From assembly GCF_001194135.2 (NCBI RefSeq), contig NC_068987.1, positions 95,768,298 through 95,832,297 of the forward strand: 64,000 bases of DNA, written 5' to 3'. Position numbers and translations under genes: made by a program. Of the stretch, positions 1-13,500 are shown piece after piece (within the stretch, counting starts at the first letter, position 1; every line of letters starts with the position of its first letter). The stretch comes from Octopus bimaculoides (Eukaryota). The notes below the pieces were generated by a model that ran no database searches, was not told the DNA's origin, and saw nothing but the letters and a program-made list of their open reading frames with translations.

Positions 1-10
1 TGATAATCAC

Positions 11-44
<34 letters not shown>

Positions 45-337
45 GTAGTCGTCGTCATCATTTAATGTCTACTTTTCCATGCTTGTATGGATCAAATGAA
101 ATTTGTTAAGGCAGCTATTCAAGGCCAGATACCCTTTCTGACACCATGTTTCCAAGGAAGGTAATATATGCCCCATGGCTAGACATGTTCTTCATGAAAG
201 ACTGGTAGCAAACAAACAGCCTTGCTCATATGATGATGATGATGATGATGCTCACTTACGACCATTACATGATGCCTAGACAAAGGTACACATGCACGCG
301 CACACACGCATACACATGCATACACATGCACATATGT

Positions 338-558
338 ATTGGTTTCAAATTTTGGCACAATGCCAGCAAGTTCAGAGAATGGTGGTTGGTCGATTACATC
401 AACCTCAGTGCTTAACTGGTGCTTATTTTATCAACCTTGAAAGGATAGAAAGGCAAAAATCGACCTCCACAGAATTTGCATTCAGAATATAATGATGGAA
501 GAAATGGCGCTAAGCATTTTTGTCTGACGAGCTAATGATTCTGCTAACTTGCCATCTT
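338..558 (-). mobile_element. SINE family B copy
   Basis: Same diagnostic segments. Further copies at about 3215-3400 (-), 6410-6570 (+), 23730-23850 (-), 28995-29200 (-) and 37930-38130 (+). Confidence 0.7.
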
Positions 559-581
559 ACTACACACACACACACATGCAT

Positions 582-620
<39 letters not shown>

Positions 621-622
621 AA

Positions 623-930
623 GGCAGGTGGCTTAGTGGTTAGGGTATTTAGCTCATGATCATAAGGTCATGAGTTCAATTCCCAGCAACACATTGCATC
701 CTTTGAGCGAGATACTTTATTTCTCATTGTTCCTGTCCATTTAGCTGACAAAAATGAGTAGTACCTGTATTTGAAAGGGCCAGTCTTGTCACATTCTGTG
801 TCATGCTGAATCTCCCTGAGAACTACATTAAGGATACACATGTCTGTGGAGTAGTCAGCCACTTGCATGTTAATTTCTTGAGCAGGCTGTTCCAGTGATC
901 AGATCAATTTGAACCTTCATCGTCATAACT
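623..930 (+). mobile_element. tRNA-headed SINE, family C
   Basis: TGGCTTAGTGG (A box) ... GAGTTCAATTCC (B box) followed by a non-tRNA body. Confidence 0.55.
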
Positions 931-2919
931 AACAGAGTGCCAGGATATATATATATATATATATATATATCAAATAATAAGCAACACGGATTTCAAAAGT
1001 GATTGCAGTACGCACGTTTCATGCTACTTCAATTTATTTAAGTAATGTGAGCATTACCTTAAATGCAATATGAAGAGCAATCTTCAGCTGCACGAAAAGA
1101 TGTAGAAAAAAAAGACATATTACAAATGTGGCAACATATTAAAACCAAGTGGGAGAGAGCAGAGGAAGAATATATAAGTCCATCTTGACATAGCAGGGTC
1201 TATCAGACTAGCCTGATAGACNNNNNNNNNNNNNNNNNNNNNNNNNNNNNNNNNNNNNNNNNNNNNNNNNNNNNNNNNNNNNNNNNNNNNNNNNNNNNNN
1301 NNNNNNNNNNNNNNNNNNNNNNNNNNNNNNNNNNNNNNNNNNNNNNNNNNNNNNNNNNNNNNNNNNNNNNNNNNNNNNNNNNNNNNNNNNNNNNNNNNNN
1401 NNNNNNNNNNNNNNNNNNNNNNNNNNNNNNNNNNNNNNNNNNNNNNNNNNNNNNNNNNNNNNNNNNNNNNNNNNNNNNNNNNNNNNNNNNNNNNNNNNNN
1501 NNNNNNNNNNNNNNNNNNNNNNNNNNNNNNNNNNNNNNNNNNNNNNNNNNNNNNNNNNNNNNNNNNNNNNNNNNNNNNNNNNNNNNNNNNNNNNNNNNNN
1601 NNNNNNNNNNNNNNNNNNNNNNNNNNNNNNNNNNNNNNNNNNNNNNNNNNNNNNNNNNNNNNNNNNNNNNNNNNNNNNNNNNNNNNNNNNNNNNNNNNNN
1701 NNNNATATATCAAAAGGATGCATTATAATACTATTCCACATTTACAAAAACAGCCATACCAACAATCCAACATGCCTCCATCATCAGTTGCCCCATGGAT
1801 ATCATTATGGTTTCAACACCTGGGTGCTACCATTCAATCCAGCAGTGTCAACTTCACTAAAATAAGTGTTGTTTGAGAAGAAACATACAAAAGAAACCAC
1901 AACCTTCAAACACATTTACCCTATGTACAACAGTATTGGTAACTAAATTTAATAAGTAAATCAATAACTAACTCCTAAATATGTAACTAAACAGAAACCA
2001 AACCTTTAAGTCATAAATTTTTATTCCCTACAGTATTAATTGCTGGCAAGGATACAGTATTTTGTTTTGCAGCCATAATATACTACCAAGTATGTTACAG
2101 GTTTGCAAGTCAATATTGCTTGTTACTTTTTGTGTTAGCAGGGCAATATTCTCACTTTTAAGTTTATCTCTATAGATTTTCTGTAGAATTTAGAGCCAAC
2201 ATTGAAAGTTACAATGTTTTGTAAACAAATATATCTATGTACACAATACGATTGGAGATAGAAAATATTGGTAATGGCAATATATGCATATTTCAAAGCT
2301 TGTCCCTTCATCAAAACCTCATCTAACCCATCAGCTATCCACAAACATAAACGCTTTACTTAAATACCCACTAAGTTTAGTTGTGTAACACAATTGGATA
2401 CACCAAATAAACACATTCCCGCCAACGGATATGCATATTTTATTGCTGGCAAGGACACATTATTTCGTTTTGTAACCATAATATGCTACCAAGTATGTTA
2501 CAGGTTTACATGTCAATATTGCTTCCCACCTTGTGTTAGTAGTGCAATATTCTCACTTTTAAGTTTATCTCTATAGATTTTCTATGGGATTTAGAACCAG
2601 TACTGCAGGTTACAGTGCTTCATAAACGAACACATCTAGATGTATTTGTCTATGAACTGTCATAACTTGCAGCGCTGGCGTTGAATTCTGTAAAAAATCT
2701 GTATCAGTGTTGTGTAAAAGCCACCCAGCATACTCTGTAAAGTGGTTGGCATTAGGAAGGACATCCAGCTGTAGAAACCTTGCCAAAACAGTTAACTACA
2801 GTCTGGACAGCTCCCCAGCTAGCCAACTCCTATTAATCTGTCCAACCCATACCAGCATGGAAAATAGACATTAAATAGTGATGATGACGACAACAGCAGC
2901 AGCGATGATGACGACAGGA

Positions 2920-3072
2920 TTCTTTCTGTTTTTGTCTTCCATATCTACTCTGAAGACTTTGGTCAGCCTGGGGATGTAGTAGAAGACACTTGCCCAAGGT
3001 GCCGCACAGTGGGATTGAACCCAAGACTACATGGTTGGGAAACAAGTTTCTTACCCATGTACCCACATCTGT
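2920..3072 (-). mobile_element. SINE family A, 5' half
   Basis: tagtagaagacacttgcccaaggtgcc...gggattgaaccc shared with the other copies. Further partial copies at about 24315-24455 (-), 27180-27270 (-) and 50995-51145 (+). Confidence 0.7.
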
Positions 3073-4050
3073 GCGTTAAGAAAAAAAATAAAAATAAATT
3101 TTGCTTTTATTCTAGAAGGCCAAAATTTTGTTAAATGGAAATGTGGAAAGAATGTTATTACTAGAACATGGCACAAAGAAATTCAAAGACACAATTTTCA
3201 GTAAAACTATTGTGATAATAATCCTTTCTACTATAGGCACAATGCCTGAAATTTGGGGGAGGGGGATGGTCAGTTACATCAAGCCCAGTGCTCAACTGGT
3301 ACTTATTTTATCAGCCCTGAAAAGATGAAAGGCAAAGTCGCCCTCAGCAAAATTTGAACTTAGAACATAAAAATGGACAAAATACCACAAAGCAGTTTGG
3401 TGACATAATTGTTTCTAATATATGCAGAAACCTGAAATTTCAGGGGTTAGATTAGTTCATACCACTGACCGCAGTACTTAACTAGTATTTTGTTTTCTTG
3501 TCCTTAAAAGCCTGAGAGGGAAAGGTGGCAGCGGTCGTGGTCGTGGTCATGGCAGGTGTGGTGGTTGTGGTTGTGGGAGGGGTAGTGGGCATCATGGTGA
3601 CAGTGGTTGTATGTGGGAGGGGGGGGGGNNNNNNNNNNNNNNNNNNNNNNNNNNNNNNNNNNNNNNNNNNNNNNNNNNNNNNNNNNNNNNNNNNNNNNNC
3701 AACACTTACCTAATTTCAGGATGGAAATATGAATGGAATGTGAGGAATTTTGACTAATTTAATGCAGTTGATTAAAACCGGTTTTCTTTTGGGTTTTTTT
3801 TTTTTTAAATATTAATCGCTGAAGGGAAAACATGAGTGAACAGGATGACCAAAGATTTAAGAATGATGTTATTCAAGAAAGATGACGTATATTACCTTGA
3901 CAAAAATGGGGACTGGTAATGGTATGGAATGACAAAGTATTCAGCAAACTAGTGTGAAGCTAAGCGAATGGATTTCTTTAATAATTGGAATAGCAAAATA
4001 TTTGTGAGATTCAACAGTACACCTATTACAGCAGTTTTCTTTTGTTCTTT

Positions 4051-4495
4051 TATTCCTCTACCTGTTTCAGTCATTTGACTGGCCATGCTGGAGCACCACC
4101 TTAAAGGGGTTTTTTAGTCGTAGAAATTGACCCCAGGAATTATACTTTGTAAGCCTGGTACTTATTCTATTGGTCTCTTTTGTTAAACCACCAAGTTACG
4201 GGGATGTAAACACACCAACATCGGTTGTCAAGCGATGGTAGGGCACAGACACAAAGACACACACATATATATATATATATATATACATATACTCTTTTAC
4301 TTGTTTCAGTCATTTGACTGTGGCCATGCTGGAGCACCGCCTTTAGTCGATCACATCGACCCCAGGACTAATTCTTTGTAAGCCTAGTACTTATTCTATT
4401 GGTCTCTTTTGCCGAACTACTAAGTTACGGGGACGAAAACACACCAGCATCGGTTGTCAAGGTATGTTGGGGGAGGGACAAACACAGACACACAA

Positions 4496-4554
<59 letters not shown>

Positions 4555-5535
4555 CATATATACGATGGGCTTCTTTCAGTTTCCGTCTACCAAATNNNNN
4601 NNNNNNNNNNNNNNNNNNNNNNNNNNNNNNNNNNNNNNNNNNNNNNNNNNNNNNNNNNNNNNNNNNNNNNNNNNNNNNNNNNNNNNNNNNNNNNNNNNNN
4701 NNNNNNNNNNNNNNNNNNNNNNNNNNNNNNNNNNNNNNNNNNNNNNNNNNNNNNNNNNNNNNNNNNNNNNNNNNNNNNNNNNNNNNNNNNNNNNNNNNNN
4801 NNNNNNNNNNNNNNNNNNNNNNNNNNNNNNNNNNNNNNNNNNNNNNNNNNNNNNNNNNNNNNNNNNNNNNNNNNNNNNNNNNNNNNNNNNNNNNNNNNNN
4901 NNNNNNNNNNNNNNNNNNNNNNNNNNNNNNNNNNNNNNNNNNNNNNNNNNNNNNNNNNNNNNNNNNNNNNNNNNNNNNNNNNNNNNNNNNNNNNNNNNNN
5001 NNNNNNNNNNNNNNNNNNNNNNNNNNNNNNNNNNNNNNNNNNNNNNNNNNNNNNNNNNNNNNNNNNNNNNNNNNNNNNNNNNNNNNNNNNNNNNNNNNNN
5101 NNNNNNNNNNNNNNNNNNNNNNNNNNNNNNNNNNNNNNNNNNNNNNNNNNNNNNNNNNNNNNNNNNNNNNNNNNNNNNNNNNNNNNNNNNNNNNNNNNNN
5201 NNNNNNNNNNNNNNNNNNNNNNNNNNNNNNNNNNNNNNNNNNNNNNNNNNNNNNNNNNNNNNNNNNNNNNNNNNNNNNNNNNNNNNNNNNNNNNNNNNNN
5301 NNNNNNNNNNNNNNNNNNNNNNNNNNNNNNNNNNNNNNNNNNNNNNNNNNNNNNNNNNNNNNNNNNNNNNNNNNNNNNNNNNNNNNNNNNNNNNNNNNNN
5401 NNNNNNNNNNNNNNNNNNNNNNNNNNNNNNNNNNNNNNNNNNNNNNNNNNNNNNNNNNNNNNNNNNNNNNNNNNNNNNNNNNNNNNNNNNNNNNNNNNNN
5501 NNNNNNNNNNNNNNNNNNNNNTATATATATATGTA

Positions 5536-5572
<37 letters not shown>

Positions 5573-5995
5573 CAGGCCTCTTTCTGTTTCTGTCTACCAA
5601 ATTCACTCACAAGGCTTTGGTCGGCCCGAGGTTATAGTAGAAGACACTTGCCCAAGGTGCGACGTAGTGGGACTGAACCCAGAACCATGTGGTTGGTAAG
5701 CAAGCTACTTACCATACAACCACTCCTGCACTTATATATGCGTGCGTGTGTGTGTGTACATGTACACATGTATGTGCATGCACACACGCGCATGCATGCG
5801 CACACACGCACAGACACACACACACACACACACTGGGCTTCCACATAGTTCCCATCTACCAAATTAACTCAAAAGGCATTGGTCAACCCAGGGTTATAAT
5901 AGAAGACACTTACCAATGGTACTCTGTTGTGGTACTGAACCTGAAACCTCATGGTTGCAAAACAACCTTCTTAACCACACAGCCATGTCTGCATC
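4051..5995 (-). mobile_element. Cluster of at least four co-oriented SINE family A copies spanning a gap
   Basis: Copies at about 4051-4285, 4291-4595, 5522-5735 and 5832-5995. N gap at 4596-5521. Confidence 0.8.
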
Positions 5996-6323
5996 TATAT
6001 TGTACCAGCCATTGGGTGTGATACTTTTCTGTACAATCAGATCAATTATACAGTTGACTAGGTCATATCCCATTCTGCCAGATATCTCAAGTAACTCAGC
6101 TGTAATTCCTCATGGATCAGTGGCTTTCCTTCTCTTCATATCTTTAGTTGCTTTATATATCATACTGCTATCAATTAGATTTAGATAGACTCTCTCTCTC
6201 TCTCATGCATTCTCCACATTCAGCAGCCTTTCATAGTAGCACTTCCATGCCTCTTCCTTTTCAGAATCACTAAGTGCTAGTGTGTATCCATATACACTTC
6301 TCTTCTACATCTTGAGTTTCAAA

Positions 6324-6358
<35 letters not shown>

Positions 6359-6786
6359 ATGTTGGTATCTCCTTGTGACAAGCAGTTGTAAAAACTAATA
6401 TTAATTTAGGGCTGTCTTTATGTTCTGAGTTCAAATTCCAGCAAGGTCAACTTTGCTTTCCATCCTTTCAGGGTCAATAAATTAAGTACCAATTGTGTAC
6501 TGGGGTCGATCTAATCAACTGACCCCCACCCCCAAAAATTTCGAGCCTTGTGCCTAGAGTAGAAAAGAATATTGAACGTTATTACAAATGGCATTGAATA
6601 TGTTAGACAAATACAAATGGAGACTTCTTGACTAAAAGCTTTTAAGAACTAAAAGTAAACTAATGACAAGACATGTTATATATTATTCCATAATTCTTCT
6701 CCTCTGCATCAAAGAATTATTTTGATTTCTTATGTATGATACATTTATGTTATCCATTAATTATCTCCCTTCTTTCTCCATTATAG

Positions 6787-7536
6787 ATAATACGAAAGCA
6801 ATCCACAAATCTTTAGAAAACATTGCATCAACAACAAAAGACCAAGTTGTCACTAAATCTTACACATTACCCAAGATTACAACTGCAAGTTTTTCTGCCT
6901 TGTATCAGAGTCCAATTGCAGAAGAGAATGGTTATAGTAGAAAAGATATCACAGAAACTGACAACATTACTTCCTCAATTAATCCGAATCCACAGCAGAA
7001 TTTCACCGAGACTGTAATAAATGGTGCTAACGGTGTAAATCACTCCCTAGAAACAAGTATCACATACAGAAAGGCATGGGATCAGCCACCACGTGTCAAA
7101 CTACGCCCATCCTCATGCATTGCAATTGGAAGCTCAGACAACCCTCAGACACAAATTCCTGAAAATTCTGTTGTAAGTGAGTTTATCAAGGAGGCTGCTT
7201 CTTCCATTGTTCAACCAAAAGTTAAACGAAGACAAAGACGAATAAGAAAGTATAATGCCTACGACTTTGACCAAGACGCAGACTCCGAGCCTGAAGCAGA
7301 AGAAAACAGAGTTACACTCAAGAAGCTGCAAGAGGATGCCTTCAAACTAAACTCAAACAATAATTTTAATTCTAAAATACCCTTAATGCATCCCAGGACT
7401 CACTTAGGGTTAGATTCTAAGGTTAACCCACTTGGTTCAAATTCTTCCCAAAGGGACTATTTTGATGAGAAAGATGTAAATAGCTTGTATAGAGATCAAA
7501 GACGAACTGAATTGGATTTTAATTCTAAACATCCAG
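6787..7536 (+). CDS. RAB11FIP: Class I Rab11 family-interacting protein, large internal exon (upstream exons outside the window or in gaps)
   Basis: Acceptor tccattatag| at 6786 and donor ccag|gtaagt at 7537. Open frame of 750 nt (DNTKAIHK...NSKHP), phase 1/1. Splices in frame to 8450. Confidence 0.8.
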
Positions 7537-8449
7537 GTAAGTGCTTTTATGGAACTAATTAATAAGTCATTATCACTCATATCATTTTTTAAAATAATGT
7601 ATTTTGTATGAAATAAATCATTATGAAAATTTTGTACAATGCAGAAAATACAGTGTTGCATTAAATAAACACAGGTTTATCTCCCTATTTATTTTTTAAC
7701 TATCTCCTATTACACAAATTCTTACTACCTAGAATTTTCCCAAACTATGATACCTGTAGTACACTAAGATAAATAGTCAAACTTACAGAGACTAGAGTAG
7801 CTCTTATTTATAGCTTCTCAGGGTTTTTTTTTTTTTTTTTTTTGGTTTTTTTTTATCTATTACTGCAACCAGATAGTGCTGTGATATTCTAGAGCTTATC
7901 TCAGTTTTCTTTTTCAGGCATTAAGCAGTTGAGAAACACTTCCATTAGATAGAGCACAGTGATACATCTTACATTCACAGGGAAAATATTTAACTTAACA
8001 TAGATATTTACATTTTTTTTTTACTAAGAAGCTAAATTTATTTTACTATCACCATTCATATTTGTTAGCATTTTAATTACTTACAGAAAGAAAATAATGA
8101 AGAACCTAATTAAAAAAATGGTTTTGAATTTTTCCTAAAAAATAATATTTTAACCTTCCTACTGCAGAAAGCAGATATATCCACTCAAATTTAACTGGGG
8201 AAAGTAGTTTGATACACCAATCTATCTTTTGTTGAAACTACTTACTGTTCAGATACATCGAGTCTACTGAGGCAATGTGACTTGCAGAAAATACCATTTC
8301 TATTGTTTGTAGATATTCAGCATCACTATTGAAATAACCATGAAATTTAATTTCACAGTGAAAAGGTTAATAAAGCTGTTTTGATTTTGTTGTTATTGTT
8401 TATTTTACATTGTAAATCATTGGTCTTTTATCCAAATTTTTCTGTGTAG

Positions 8450-8601
8450 AACTTCACATTCCTGGATTAAAGAAACGACCGATATCAATTAGCTTTGATG
8501 GAAGACTCACAGACTACTCAGAAATTTTACCTGGCTATGGTTCTGATAATCTTCTCAAATCTGAAGATTTGGTAAGCCTATACCGGAGTATGAATAAAGA
8601 G
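8450..8601 (+). CDS. RAB11FIP: Rab11-FIP penultimate coding exon
   Basis: tttttctgtgtag|aac ... gag|gtaaga. Reads (G)AA=ELHIPGLKKRPISISFDGRLTDYSEILPGYGSDNLLKSEDLVSLYRSMNKE, phase 1/0. Confidence 0.85.
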
Positions 8602-9479
8602 GTAAGAAATACTTTGTAAGGGGCAACATGGCTAATTTAATTGTTCGTTATTAATTTGATAACATTGTAGAATAAGATGTAACTACCCATCTGAATGTCC
8701 AAAAAGCTCATTCACTTTTCTTTAAATATGTGTTGGGCTTTGTGCTTTTCAAGAGAAACCACTGTTAAATCAATAGCAAAGCTTAGGAACTGGCCAAGAC
8801 AGTAGAGCATCAGAGTAAATGCTTTATATTATCATCATCATCATCATCGTTTAACGTCCGCTTTCCATGCTAGCATGGGTTGGACGATTTGACTGAGGAC
8901 TGGTGAAACCAGATGACAACACCAGGCTCGAGTTCAAATCCTACCAAGGATTTTTATTTTTTTGAAGTCAATAAAATAAAGTGCTCCTCAATGTATACAG
9001 GTGATGCAATGCAATCATCTATGACTCATCCACCACTCCATCCAATCTTTATGCTAGGTAAAAGTGAAAAGGTATAATCTCAAGGAACTAGCAATGATCT
9101 GCATCAACAAATAGTAAATACAAAAAGTTCAAAGTTGAATAAATTATTTTGCTGCAAAGAAGAAAAGAAGTTTTACATTTCGGGCAGGACTTTTGAAATT
9201 TTATATAACAATTAGTCTTGTGTGTGATTGGAATTGATATTAAGGGTTGAAAACTACATAAATCATGTCACATAACATTTTGATAGCTAATCAAATTGTG
9301 AATGACACACAGGTATATCAGAAATATGGAACAATACAAAATTTGTCAGGGTCAACTTTAGATTTCTCACCTACAAAATTGTGTATGAATGTTGTCATGT
9401 GGCTCAGTTTAGTTAAGTCAACAATACAAGGTTAAATCCTTGTTGAGTTATTTCTCTTCACTTCCAGTTAAATGAACTG

Positions 9480-9830
9480 GAGATCTGGTTGCTTGTGCTT
9501 CACAGCAACAGGCCACTATACTCTTCTATCTTTTTCTATCTTTGGCAAGAGTTGGAGCTTCAAACTAGTTTGTGCCACAGTTGTATAGGTCATCTTTGAA
9601 GGTGAATCTCCAGGTTTTCTTTGGCATGCCTTTTTGTCTCTTCCCACCAGCTGGTAACCATACCATTGCAGTTCTTGCTGGGATATTGTCCTCCCACTTT
9701 ATACGACATGCCCCACCAGTTGCATTATTCTGCCTTTGATGACACAAACAAGGTGTGTGGCATTGGTTCTTCAAAGCACCTCCTCATTTGCGAGATTGTG
9801 TTACCAACTAATATTCAGGATTTGTTGAAA
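9480..9830 (-). mobile_element. Degenerate RTE LINE C-terminal fragment
   Basis: KWEDNIPARTAMVWLPAGGKRQKGMPKKTWRFTFKDDL resembles the RTE C-terminal P.GKR..GRPK.TW...DL motif. Confidence 0.6.
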
Positions 9831-10349
9831 CTATGTAATATTTAATGCATTGGCCTTGAACAATATAGCACTGCTAACATGTTACAAAATGTTAGCTCTT
9901 TGACTAGCAACTTGATATCTTATTAATTTAAACAGCTGTGACTCCCATATATAAATGTCTCAAAATCATTCATTAATTATTGAAGTAATCATTTTAAAGG
10001 TTGCAGATCTTCACTACTGACAACCATTTAGTAATTGTAAACCATGTAGTCAGCCAATCACAATGAATAAAGCAAGGTAATGTAATTTTCCAAACAACAC
10101 ATTATAATGGCTGGTGTAAGAGTTGAACTAGGCAAGTTTTTTTGTTTTTTTTTTCTGCCACTCAGACAGAAGGAAATAATGTATTTTTTATGCAATTAAA
10201 TATAGGCTTATCTAGATAAAGCATATTATATTCATTGACAATCATGGAAATGTATTAAGAATTCTCTATTTGTACTGCACATTATGTTTAAAATACTATT
10301 TTATTATTGTTATTAGACACTGAAATTTGTTTTCTCTTTCTATTTTCAG

Positions 10350-10496
10350 GAACTAATCAGTCGATTAATTTGCCAAAAAGCTCAAATGATTCGTAAAGAT
10401 CAATATATTCGCGGTCTAGAGTCCTATATTGATGACCTACTAGTTGGTGTCATTGAACAAAATCCAAAAATCCTTAACAGACAGTTTAATTATTGA
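10350..10496 (+). CDS. RAB11FIP: Rab11-FIP terminal exon encoding the FIP Rab11-binding domain
   Basis: tattttcag|gaa acceptor. ELISRLICQKAQMIRKDQYIRGLESYIDDLLVGVIEQNPKILNRQFNY* matches the FIP-RBD motif (human FIP2 ELEDYIDNLLVRVMEETPSIL). TGA at 10494-10496. Confidence 0.9.
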   Translation, partial: ELISRLICQKAQMIRKDQYIRGLESYIDDLLVGVIEQNPKILNRQFNY

Positions 10497-10511
10497 TCCC
10501 ATACCATCCCC

Positions 10512-10517
10512 AATAAA
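10512..10517 (+). terminator. Candidate polyadenylation signal of the Rab11-FIP gene
   Basis: AATAAA 15 nt after the stop codon. Other AATAAA sites lie further downstream (about 10932), so usage is unknown. Confidence 0.3.
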
Positions 10518-11040
10518 GTCAATTCAACTTTGAGCATAACAATTCTGTCAAGAACTTGCAACAATATCTTCTCAACTGCTTTTCAATCCCTGTGTCTGTA
10601 ATATCTCATTGGAGAAGTAAACACTGTTTATATTTTCCAAAATACTGTAAATTGCGTTTGAATATTTCGTTTTGTCATTTTATAGTTTTTAAATTCTTTC
10701 TGAAAATGTGTTTTATAATATAAATGTGAACAAAATTTAAGTAGGTATTTTACTTTAAATTCAATATTTTATCGAAAGAATGAAATCTGAAAAAAAAAAA
10801 ACATATCAAAAAAAAATTCATAATTGTTTTTAATATTCCTATGTAATGAATGTATAAATACCTGTATTTTTAATATGTCCAACCAGTGAATATGTAAAAA
10901 TTGTTTTGTTTTTTAGAAAAAAAATTGACAAATAAAACAGAATATAAACACAATTTGTTGAAAATATAGTTGTCTCCCATTGTTATAAATACAAACAAAT
11001 TCAGAAGTTCTTCAGAATTATTTTTCTTTTTTTCACACAG

Positions 11041-11410
11041 GCATAAGCATGGCTGTGTGGTTGAGCAGCTTGCTTCCCAACTCTGTGGTCTTGGGTTCAG
11101 TCCTACTATCTGGTCTTGTGGGCAGGTGTCTTTTACTATAGCCCCAGGTCAAACAAAGCCTTGTGAATGGCTTGGTAGACAGAATCTGTGTAGAAGCCCA
11201 TTATGTGTCTTTGTGTTATCTTTGTCTCCTGCCATCAGTTGACAACAAGTGTTGGTTTGTTTATGTCCCTGTAATATTGGAGCTCCAGAAAAGAGACAGA
11301 CGGAATAAGTACCAGGCTTAATATTTAGTGCAGGGATTGATTTGTTTGACGAAAATCCTTAAAAGCAGTGCCCCAGCATATCCAGAGTCCAATGACTGAA
11401 ACAAGTAAAA
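11041..11410 (+). mobile_element. tRNA-headed SINE, family A, near full length
   Basis: ggctgtgtggttgagcagc (A box-like), gggttcagtcc (B box-like), body ending cagcat...aatgactgaaacaagtaaaaga. Multi-copy in the window. Confidence 0.8.
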
Positions 11411-11530
11411 GAAATGAAATGTGTAATTCAAGTTGTTCAAGATATGAAGCCAGTAGCTCCAATGCCAGAATAATCAATATCTTTACTTTTACAAAGATTC
11501 TATACATTTCACTTTCTAAAATCATTCATC

Positions 11531-12085
11531 TATACGGTGATATCAAAAAGTTCCTGGACTAGTTTTGTAGTGCACCAACAGATGGCAGCACAGTTGCATG
11601 CACAGTGAGCGCTAACAATGACCTTCATGAGGCAGTGTGCCAAGTGACATCGCTGTGCTTACTTTGCATATTGTGAAATTTGTGTTTTTGTGATCACATG
11701 TATGCTGTAGTCTGTGATTTTTGTCATGGACAGAAAGTTGTAACAAAGAGTCAATGTCAAATTTTGTGTTAAACTTGGGAAGTCTGCTACAAAGATATTG
11801 AGCATGCTTTGGTAAGCTTATAACAATGAGGCAATAGGTTGAGTGACACGGGCACTTCAAAATGTGGAAGAACGTCTCTGGAGGGCAATGAGCAATCTAG
11901 AAGACCTGCCACGAGCATCACCCCCAAAATGTGGAGAAAATTCATCAGCTTGTGCAAGAAGATCATCGAAGGAAAATCAGCAACATTGCTGATGTTGTAT
12001 GGGTCCATGCAGGCAATCCTAACATCTAGATTCTTCATGACAACAATGCACCCTGTCACCGAGCTTTCTTCGCTCGCGAGTTTCT
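11531..12085 (+). mobile_element. Internally deleted, decayed mariner element
   Basis: TA-cggtgatatcaaaaagttcctggacta resembles a mariner TIR. Remnants QRVNVKFCVKLGKSAT (HTH) and HDNAPCHRAFFAREFLA (second catalytic Asp motif). Confidence 0.7.
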
Positions 12086-12284
12086 TGCCCACATACACCA
12101 CCTTGCTAATTAAAGATACATCATTTTCTATTCTACACAAGCAAACATCCCACCCCCGTCAACGCTCTATCTACCAACTATGGAAATCACCAGTTTAAAA
12201 TTAAAAAAACGAAAACTTATTCAAGGAAGAGGAGAATGAGATTATGTGATGTTCATTCAGTTCTCAAATTTACTGACTGTTGTT

Positions 12285-12592
12285 GTTGGCACTCCGTCGC
12301 TTACGACGTCGAGGGTTCCAGTTGATCCGATCAACGGAACAGCCTGCTCGCAAAATTAATGTGCACGTGTACCCTTAACGTAGTTCTCGGGGATATTCAG
12401 CGTGACACAGTGTGACAAGGCTGACCCTTTGAATTACAGGCACAACAGAAACAGGAAGTAAGAGTGAGAGAAAGCTGTGGTGAAAGAGTACAGCAGGGTT
12501 CGCCACCATCCCCTGCCAGAGCCTCGTGGAGCTTTAGGTGTTTTCGTTCAATAAACACTCACAACGCCCGGTCTGGGAATCGAAACCGCCTC
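12285..12592 (-). mobile_element. tRNA-headed SINE, family D, CpG-rich and probably young
   Basis: The minus strand begins ...GCGGTTTCGATTCCCAGACCGGGCG (B box) and ends in an (AAC)n tail. Confidence 0.55.
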
Positions 12593-13314
12593 CACGTTAC
12601 TGATATACTTCTATGTTATTTTAGCACTACATGTTATATGAGATGCTTTCACAAAACATACTGCAGTTTTGTAGCTTTCAACAGAATATCTATGTTAAGT
12701 AAGATATACAAAATACTATTCTTCCTATGTACAAGGATCCCAAGACCACATAATCCAACATGTGTATTATTTTAAGGCAGTAGGGGATGGTTTGAGGAAG
12801 AGATGCTTGCACACTACATCTTTGAAAGCCTGTGTTCTGTAAAGCTAGCTCTGATGGAAATTTCTGAAAGCATATCTGGTATTTCATAGCAGGTACATCC
12901 AGATAGGTTAATGTCTGTGCAGAACATACAGATTCATTTGATTGGTATGTATCCTAGTCTCCATGACCTTTAAATGAATGAAAATACAAGCCTCATGCAT
13001 GGAAAGTGTCCCAGGCTGTTGCAGGGTTAATCTCACAGATATTACTGGTTATCATTTTCAACTTAGATGACTACCGTTTTTATCACAAGTATAGTTTTCC
13101 TGGCTTTCTGAAGAAATGGTATCGAATTATGAAACATAAGTCCAAGGGAGAGAACTTTATTTTAACACTAATTACCTTTCCTGTTTAGTTCTGAGGTATT
13201 TTTTGTAACGTAAGACGGCGAGCTGAAAGGACTCCAATCGCATTTCTTGTAAAATCATTCGATTTCATTGTGCTGTCCCTTCTATGTATGTTCTTATGGA
13301 TAATAAAAAATTAA

Positions 13315-13500
13315 GAAACGTTAGCACGCTGGGCGAAATGCTTAGCGGTATTTCTCCTGTCTTTATGTTCAGAGTTCAAATTCCACCGAGATCGACTTTG
13401 CCTTTCTTCCTTCCAAGGTCGATAAATTAAGTACTAGTTGCGTACTGGGGTCGATCTAATCGACTGGCCCCCTCCTCTTGTGTCTAGAGTAGAAAATATT
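13315..13500 (+). mobile_element. tRNA-related SINE, family B
   Basis: gaaacgttagcacgctgggcgaaatgcttagcgg...gagttcaaattcc...gtcgataaattaagtac...ggggtcgatctaatcgactgg. Confidence 0.8.

Noticed and set aside
1745-1900. Stop-poor stretch next to a gap that could be an exon
   Set aside because: No convincing splice-site pair and no recognisable protein similarity in any frame.
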